From positions 960,001 to 1,024,000 of the forward strand of contig CAXXMD010000002.1 in assembly GCA_963675755.2 (NCBI GenBank): DNA of 64,000 bases. The letters are read 5' to 3'. The position numbers were made by a program, and so were the translations under genes. Under the pieces are notes generated by a model that ran no database searches, was not told the DNA's origin, and worked only from the letters and a program-made list of their open reading frames with translations. Of this stretch, positions 58,190-64,000 are shown piece by piece. The DNA comes from a bacterium (GTDB lineage: Bacteria; Zhuqueibacterota; Zhuqueibacteria; Residuimicrobiales; Krinioviventaceae). How positions within the stretch are numbered: the stretch's first letter is position 1; every line of letters starts with the position of its first letter.

Positions 58190-58565
58190 CAATATCTCCT
58201 AATAAATCAATTACAACCTGTTCAAGTTCTTCAGGTTGAAATGGTTTATGAATAAACAAAACACCTTTACTCTTTAATATATCAATTGTAGCTTCACTAC
58301 TTTCCGAAGAAATAACAACAATAGCCATATCTTCTGTATCCGGATTATTTCGAAGCTTGTCAATCATTACATCACCGCTCATAACCGGCATATTAATATC
58401 AACTAAAATGAGGTCTACCCAATTGTCATCTATAATATTAAGCCCTTCTTGCCCATTACTTGCTTCAAAAATGTTACGAATCGGGATGTCGCAAATGTTC
58501 AAAACGCGTTTTATCATTGCCCGCATTACTGAACTATCATCCACTATCAAAACATTTAACGACAT
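58182..58565 (-). CDS. cheY: CheY-like response regulator
   Basis: LIVDDS, LVDINMP, VISS, FIHKPF; single domain in che operon. Confidence 0.88.
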   Translation of the reverse strand: MSLNVLIVDDSSVMRAMIKRVLNICDIPIRNIFEASNGQEGLNIIDDNWVDLILVDINMPVMSGDVMIDKLRNNPDTEDMAIVVISSESSEATIDILKSKGVLFIHKPFQPEELEQVVIDLLGDIDG

Positions 58566-58584
58566 TTATATACCTCCATTGGTA

Positions 58585-59067
58585 TTACAATTCTTTATCT
58601 ACACCTTGAGACTTTACAATAACACTACCTGTATTGATATCTATAGAAATATTTCTGGTAATATTTGAACCAACATCAAAAGATTTTAACATAATTCCTT
58701 TTTTCCATAACAACTTGCGGAACATTGTAAAATTACGTTTACCAATTTCAAAAATATCATTCTCACCAGGTTTTTTAAAACTCGCTCCACCTGCAACTTT
58801 GACTACCAGTGTTCTTGGATTTGCGCCCAATCTCACACACTCATTTAACATTGCCTCAACCCCGGTATCTACAAACATATAAGGATTTTTTTTAGCTTTT
58901 TCTACATCAATGGAAGATTGTGGCAACATAACATGCAACAATGCTCCAACTTTAGTCCTGGGATCGTATACAGTAATCCCTAAACAACTTCCAAGTGCAT
59001 ATGTAATAAGTGTATCAGCTGGGTCTGTTGAAATTATCATTTCAGCGATACCCACAATCCGTTTCAA
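58585..59067 (-). CDS. cheD: Chemoreceptor glutamine deamidase CheD
   Basis: TYALGSCLGI, LLHVMLP, KVAGGA, IGKRN. Confidence 0.95.
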   Translation of the reverse strand: MKRIVGIAEMIISTDPADTLITYALGSCLGITVYDPRTKVGALLHVMLPQSSIDVEKAKKNPYMFVDTGVEAMLNECVRLGANPRTLVVKVAGGASFKKPGENDIFEIGKRNFTMFRKLLWKKGIMLKSFDVGSNITRNISIDINTGSVIVKSQGVDKEL

Positions 59068-59086
59068 TACTTACTCCTCGGGTATT

Positions 59087-59920
59087 TCAAACACGTTTTT
59101 GATATACCGCCGGTTGAATATAGGTAAACTTGTGTTCCGACGATGTTAAACTTTCAGAATGCCCAACAAACAAATAACCATTATTAGCAATTAACGAATA
59201 AAAGCGATTGATTAAACGCTGACGGGTTTCTTTATCAAAATATATCATAACATTACGACAAAAAATTATATCAAAGGGGCCTTTCATTGGCCAATCTCCC
59301 ATCAAGTTCAAATATGCATATTTAACAAGAGATTTTATATTGTTTTGTGCCTGGTAAACAACCTTGTCTTGGTTTCGGGTTTTTGAAAAATATTTATTCA
59401 AACGTCCCGAGGAAACTTCGGTTGCAATATTTTCACTAAATTGGCCCAGTTTTGCAATTTCCAACATTTCATAAGAAATATCAGTTGCTAAAATTTTGAA
59501 ATCACGCTTTGCAATATCCGGAAATTCATCATGAAGAACCATTGAAATGGTATAAGGTTCAGCGCCCGATGAACAACCAGCACTCCATATACGCATTGAT
59601 TTATTATTATTTTTGAATTCAGGCAAAAAGGTATTTGTCATATAATCAAAATGCTGTTGCTCACGGAAAAAATTGGTTTTATTGGTGGTTATGATATCAA
59701 TCATCTGCTCTAATTCTTTTGAATTTGCTTCCTCTGAAACAAAATCAATGTAACTCTCAAATGAATCTAAATTGAGCAAACGCAATCGTTTGAGCAATCT
59801 TGACTTTACGAGCCCCAATTTATTAGGCGGTAAATAAATTCCAGCAATGTCATATACAATTTTGCTAATACGTTCAAATGAGGAACGTTTTAAATCAAGT
59901 GACAATAAATCTAATGCCAT
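59087..59920 (-). CDS. cheR: Chemotaxis methyltransferase CheR
   Basis: TTNKTNFFRE, IWSAGCSSGAEPYT, ILATDIS, FDIIFCRNVMIYF, GHSES. Confidence 0.97.
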   Translation of the reverse strand: MALDLLSLDLKRSSFERISKIVYDIAGIYLPPNKLGLVKSRLLKRLRLLNLDSFESYIDFVSEEANSKELEQMIDIITTNKTNFFREQQHFDYMTNTFLPEFKNNNKSMRIWSAGCSSGAEPYTISMVLHDEFPDIAKRDFKILATDISYEMLEIAKLGQFSENIATEVSSGRLNKYFSKTRNQDKVVYQAQNNIKSLVKYAYLNLMGDWPMKGPFDIIFCRNVMIYFDKETRQRLINRFYSLIANNGYLFVGHSESLTSSEHKFTYIQPAVYQKRV

Positions 59921-59948
59921 ATTCTAATTCCTTTTGATACTACAAAGG

Positions 59949-60632
59949 TTACAATCGTTTTTGTGTTTCTATGCTTATATTTTCAACCAGATTAAATAAT
60001 GGACTATCTGGGGGTATTTCTTCCTTTAATTGTTCAGCATAAACTGCAATCTTGCCCAATGCCTCCCGCTGTTCAATAATTGCACGTTCCCATTTCTTTT
60101 GAGCTTGAAAAAAATGATCAATTTTAGCATCAATTGATTTTAAATATGGATGAAGATCAGGATCATCAAGCATATCTCTTTTTTCAATCAAGTCGAGAAT
60201 TTCATTATGCAATGTTTTATATATATTAATCGTATTAATCGGATTAATAAAACTCTTGTAATCCAATACACGTTTAATTTTCTCACGTAAATCTTTGATT
60301 GAAAAGGGTTTGTAAAAATAATCAAAGGCGCCCAATTTCATAGCTTCAATAGCTGTTTCAATGGTTGCATAACCAGTTACCATAATCACTTCGGTATCGA
60401 TAGCTTCTTTTTTCACATATCGAAGCAAGTCCATACCACCTTCCTGATTATTTTCCAATCCCGGCATGTTTTTATCAGTAACCACAATATCATATTTATT
60501 TTCTTCAAGATATTTGATTGCATTTTGAACTGTTGCAGAACTATCTACCGTATATCCTGAATCAACAAGAATACCAGCAATTAAAGATCTGGAGTCATCT
60601 TCATCATCTACAACAAGAATTCTTATTTCCAT
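59949..60632 (-). CDS. Response regulator: receiver + uncharacterised helical C-terminal domain
   Basis: VVDDE, VTDKNMP, MVTGY, YFYKPF; about 100 aa helical tail with no recognisable HTH or AAA+ motif. Confidence 0.8.
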   Translation of the reverse strand: MEIRILVVDDEDDSRSLIAGILVDSGYTVDSSATVQNAIKYLEENKYDIVVTDKNMPGLENNQEGGMDLLRYVKKEAIDTEVIMVTGYATIETAIEAMKLGAFDYFYKPFSIKDLREKIKRVLDYKSFINPINTINIYKTLHNEILDLIEKRDMLDDPDLHPYLKSIDAKIDHFFQAQKKWERAIIEQREALGKIAVYAEQLKEEIPPDSPLFNLVENISIETQKRL

Positions 60633-60676
60633 TTTTACACCTTACAAGCTTGTGGATCGGTTAATATTTTTTTAAA

Positions 60677-61495
60677 TCAGGCTGTTTGTACTTGAATGGT
60701 TTTATTTACATTTGACAGTATCTTTTCAATATCTAACAGAATTTTAACACTACTGTCAACCTTGGCCATTCCTAATATATAATCAGTATCAATATTAGTA
60801 CCAAATGCTGGTACAGATTCTATATCATCAGCTGCAATATTTAAAACTTCTGAGACTTTATCAACAATAATACCTTTTTCACCTAAACGGGTCTGTACAA
60901 CAATAATACAGGTTTCCTGAGTGGCTTCAATTTCTTCCATTAAAAATTTCAATCGCATATCAACAACCGATACAATTTTACCACGCAAGTTAATTACGCC
61001 TTTAATAAAACGTTTTGTGCGAGGCACCCGGGTAATAGGCAATAAACCCATAATTTCTTTAACTTTGGTAATTTCTATACCATAATCTTCACCGGCAAGT
61101 ACAAAAGTCAAATATTTACCTTCAAGTTCCAGATTCTTTTTAACAGAAGAACCTTTAGCATCTTGCTTTACATCACGATTTTTTTGCAACAAAGCTTTTG
61201 ATGCATTTTGTAAACCTGTTTCAACTTTTGGAGCCGATTTTTGACTGCTTGTCTTTTCCGGTTCAGGTTTTACTACCTTGGGTTCCGGTTCTTTTGGACT
61301 TTCAGCTTTGGGTTCCTGTTTAACAGGTTCTGCCTTGACATCAGCTTTGGGTTCGGTATTGACAGGTTCAGCAGCCTTGGGCTCAACTTTTTGAGCTGGT
61401 TTACTCTCTGTTTTCTCTTCACTTGATTTTGAATCTTGACTACTGTCGCCAATCCAACTTAACGGATCAGCTCCTAATCTATCTTTCTTTGCCAT
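60677..61495 (-). CDS. cheW: CheW with long N-terminal extension (ParB-like peptide + Pro/Glu/Lys-rich linker)
   Basis: C-terminal KYLTFVLAGEDYGIEITKVKEI...GVINLRGKIVSVVD...IIVDKVSEV; N-terminal MAKKDRLGADPLSWI. Confidence 0.9.
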   Translation of the reverse strand: MAKKDRLGADPLSWIGDSSQDSKSSEEKTESKPAQKVEPKAAEPVNTEPKADVKAEPVKQEPKAESPKEPEPKVVKPEPEKTSSQKSAPKVETGLQNASKALLQKNRDVKQDAKGSSVKKNLELEGKYLTFVLAGEDYGIEITKVKEIMGLLPITRVPRTKRFIKGVINLRGKIVSVVDMRLKFLMEEIEATQETCIIVVQTRLGEKGIIVDKVSEVLNIAADDIESVPAFGTNIDTDYILGMAKVDSSVKILLDIEKILSNVNKTIQVQTA

Positions 61496-61499
61496 GAAA

Positions 61500-62249
61500 T
61501 TATCCTCTGTTAATAATTTCCTCGGTTAATTTTCTATAATCTTCTGCTCCCCTGCTTTTGGGCTTGTAATCAAAAATTGACATTCCAAAACTTGGAGCTT
61601 CCGCAAGGCTTATATTTTCACGAATTACTGTTTTAAACATTTTATCTCCAAAATGAGATTCGATTCTTTCTGCAACCTCATTATGAAGACGTTTACGTTT
61701 ATCAAATTGCGTACAAATGATACCTGAAATATCTAATTGAGAATTCAATCGCTTTTTAACAATTTCTACAGTTTCCAAGAGTTTTGCCAAACCCTGCATG
61801 GGTAAAAATTCTGTTTGTAGTGTAATGTAGACCTGTTCAACAGTAGTCAGGGCGTTCAAAGTGAGTAACCCTAAAGATGGTGAACAATCAATTATCAAAT
61901 AATCATAATTTTGAAAATCTTCCAACTTTTCTTTTAAAATAAACTCTCTGCCGGGCATTGTTGAAAATTCTATATCTGCACCACTCAAACTAAGATTTGA
62001 AGGTACTATATCTAAATTCTCTCTTTGAATCAATATTTCAGATAGAGGGATATCTTGTTTTAAAACATCATATATTGTATAATCAAGTTCATGAGCCATT
62101 ACGCCTAAAGAATAGGTCAAGTTTGCCTGGGGATCAAGATCTACTAGCAATACTTTTTTTCCATACATTGCCAGTCCGGCACCAATGTTTACTGCTGTTG
62201 TGGTTTTACCAACTCCACCTTTTTGATTTAATATTGCAATTGAATGCAT
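61500..62249 (-). CDS. parA: ParA/Soj-family ATPase (orphan, inside che operon)
   Basis: Deviant Walker A NQKGGVGKTTT, VDLDPQAN, IIDCSPSLG, LAEAPSFG. Confidence 0.93.
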   Translation of the reverse strand: MHSIAILNQKGGVGKTTTAVNIGAGLAMYGKKVLLVDLDPQANLTYSLGVMAHELDYTIYDVLKQDIPLSEILIQRENLDIVPSNLSLSGADIEFSTMPGREFILKEKLEDFQNYDYLIIDCSPSLGLLTLNALTTVEQVYITLQTEFLPMQGLAKLLETVEIVKKRLNSQLDISGIICTQFDKRKRLHNEVAERIESHFGDKMFKTVIRENISLAEAPSFGMSIFDYKPKSRGAEDYRKLTEEIINRG

Positions 62250-62270
62250 TGATATTCCCTTAATGATAAT

Positions 62271-63998
62271 TTAAAACTCTTTCAAAGTGCTTTCATCAGT
62301 TCCATTTTGGGGTCTTTGTAAATCTTCATCAAATGGAATAAGGTTTTTGGGATCAGCTTCACCAACTGATTTAGCTGTCTTTACATTATATTTATTATAG
62401 GACGATTGACCGATAGAAAAGCTATCTCTTTGATTTCTTGAACTTGAAGAATTATATACTTTAGAAGTATGTGATGTAAGAATAAACTGTTCAACCATAC
62501 TTTTAATTTCTTCAGTCTGGCTTGATAATTCTTCAGCAGTACTTGCGGATTCTTCAGAATTGGCAGCATTTTGTTGGGTCAATTGATTCATTTGTTCTAC
62601 AGCAGTAGCAATTTGCCCAATACCTTCATTTTGCTGATCAGAAGCAGCGGTTATTTCTGCCATTACTTCATTTACTTTATTAACATTATCATGAATCTCA
62701 TGAAGACTGGTTAACACTTTATCATTCAGTTGAACACCTTGTTCTGCACTCTTGACAGAATCTTCAATCATCATGGCTGTATTTTTTGCAGCTTCAGCAC
62801 TCCGCATAGCAAGATTTCTAACCTCTTCAGCAACAACAGCAAAACCTTTACCTGCTTCTCCTGCCCTTGCAGCTTCAACCGCAGCATTCAAAGCTAACAG
62901 ATTCGTTTGAAATGCAATTTCATCTATGGTTTTAATAATTTTAAAAGTTTCATCTGATTTGGTTTTTATCATTGTCATGGCATTGGTTAATTCATCCATA
63001 CCAGACATTCCATTAGATGTACTTGTTTGAGCGTTCTCTGTTAAACTTTTGGCTTCTTTAGCATTTGCAGTATTTTGATTAGTCATTGACTTCATTTCCT
63101 GCAAATTACTGGAAACTTCTTCAAGTGAACTTGCTTGTTCAGAAGCACCTTGTGCAATTACCTGACTGCCAGTACTGATTTGATTTGTAGCATTAGCAAT
63201 TTGTTGAACACCTATTGAAACCTGTCCCAATCCATCATCAAGATTGTTCAAGGCTTTATTTAATGATTCTTTGATAGTAGCAAAATCTCCACTATAATCA
63301 CCATTCATGCGGATACTTAGGTCTTGTTCTGCTACTTTTTGCAAAATATTGGATGCTTTTATTACAGGCTCAGAAATAGCATTTAAAAGACCATTTATAC
63401 CTTTAACAATCTCTTGAAATTGACCATTATGCTGTAATTCATCGGCTCTGGCACTCAAATCACCTTTCTGACCTTCATGAAGGAGAATCTTTATTTCATC
63501 AACCAGCTTTTGGATATTCACTTTTAATTGCTGCATTGAAATACCCAGATAATCATTTTCAGATAATATATGAGTATCAACTTTAAAATTTCCTGCAGAC
63601 AATTGTTTTGCTATATTTTCTTTGGCGCTCAAAGTTTCACTGATAATATTGAAAACTTTAGCCAGGTCACCTAATTCATCATTACTCGCTTTTTCAAATG
63701 TTACATTAAAATCGCCTTTGGATATTTTTTCTGCTTTGCTTAATAGCATGGTAACAGGTGACACAAAACTCCGGACCATTAAAAGCATTACCAAAACTAC
63801 AACTGCAATACCTAATCCAAAGGAAATAATATAACTAGTTACATGCATTGATCTGGTTATACCAAAGATATAAGAGTCTACAGCAACAATAGCAATTGCA
63901 CTAAAAAGAAATATGAACAATTTAAATATTAAACTATTCTTCCAGATAATACGACTGGCAATTACCAAACTTGTCCAAGATACTATAACAAGTAATAC
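62271..63998 (-). CDS. Methyl-accepting chemotaxis protein (membrane N-terminus, HAMPs, signalling domain); probably 5' partial
   Basis: [37 protein letters not shown]; frame stays open upstream of TTG 63968 to the window edge. Confidence 0.93.
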   Translation of the reverse strand, partial: VLLVIVSWTSLVIASRIIWKNSLIFKLFIFLFSAIAIVAVDSYIFGITRSMHVTSYIISFGLGIAVVVLVMLLMVRSFVSPVTMLLSKAEKISKGDFNVTFEKASNDELGDLAKVFNIISETLSAKENIAKQLSAGNFKVDTHILSENDYLGISMQQLKVNIQKLVDEIKILLHEGQKGDLSARADELQHNGQFQEIVKGINGLLNAISEPVIKASNILQKVAEQDLSIRMNGDYSGDFATIKESLNKALNNLDDGLGQVSIGVQQIANATNQISTGSQVIAQGASEQASSLEEVSSNLQEMKSMTNQNTANAKEAKSLTENAQTSTSNGMSGMDELTNAMTMIKTKSDETFKIIKTIDEIAFQTNLLALNAAVEAARAGEAGKGFAVVAEEVRNLAMRSAEAAKNTAMMIEDSVKSAEQGVQLNDKVLTSLHEIHDNVNKVNEVMAEITAASDQQNEGIGQIATAVEQMNQLTQQNAANSEESASTAEELSSQTEEIKSMVEQFILTSHTSKVYNSSSSRNQRDSFSIGQSSYNKYNVKTAKSVGEADPKNLIPFDEDLQRPQNGTDESTLKEF

Positions 63999-64000
63999 AT

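Noticed and set aside
61230-61420. Imperfect GGTTC/CAGCTTTGGGTTC repeats as a CRISPR or VNTR array
   Set aside because: They are codons of the EPK(A/V) low-complexity linker in CheW; no constant repeat-spacer period
61500-62249. Chromosome/plasmid partition locus or flhG
   Set aside because: No parB, parS or rep seen, no flhF; Soj-type motifs and che-operon position fit cargo positioning
2209-63834. Many 60-180 aa ORFs antisense or out of frame to long genes (e.g. 6956..7318, 20425..20814, 41202..41537, 51649..52179)
   Set aside because: They overlap well-supported genes fully or largely and show no family motifs; expected antisense shadows
56673-64000. Loss of cheA from the chemotaxis cluster
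   Set aside because: The operon continues beyond the right edge, so cheA may lie outside the window

Overview
AT-rich bacterial chromosomal segment from a diderm, flagellated organism. It encodes FlgH/FlgI rings, lipoproteins, an outer-membrane barrel and CsrA-FliW; an FCB-group lineage such as KSB1/Calditrichota is my inference only. Left half (1-37 kb), metabolic and regulatory genes: a partial MltD-like lytic transglycosylase, SWIM and TPR proteins, a NarL-type regulator with a 1509-aa multi-PAS/GAF kinase, a heterodimeric ABC exporter, SDR, GNAT, a PRMT-like methyltransferase, TraB, glgB, mntP, carbohydrate-active proteins, a NemR-like TetR with S9 peptidase, an M16 protease, and a three-gene operon (ATP-grasp/M20 fusion, gamma-glutamyltransferase, N-formylglutamate amidohydrolase). 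Right half (37-64 kb), one minus-strand motility cluster: MCP-parA-cheW-RR-cheR-cheD-cheY-cheX-cheB, then a receiver gene and flgFGAHIJNKL-fliW-csrA, a TPR/glycosyltransferase island, and fliC-fliS-fliD-flaG-orf-flgM. I saw no rRNA, tRNA, CRISPR array or mobile element. Best candidates for novelty: (1) ParA next to a CheW carrying a ParB-like N-terminal peptide, a possible chemoreceptor-array positioning system; (2) the ATP-grasp/pseudo-M20 + GGT + FGase peptide operon; (3) a candidate ~80-nt sRNA with its own promoter, terminator and two C6 tracts; (4) a bacterial PRMT-like enzyme coupled to a GNAT. All calls come from reading motifs by eye; no searches were run.
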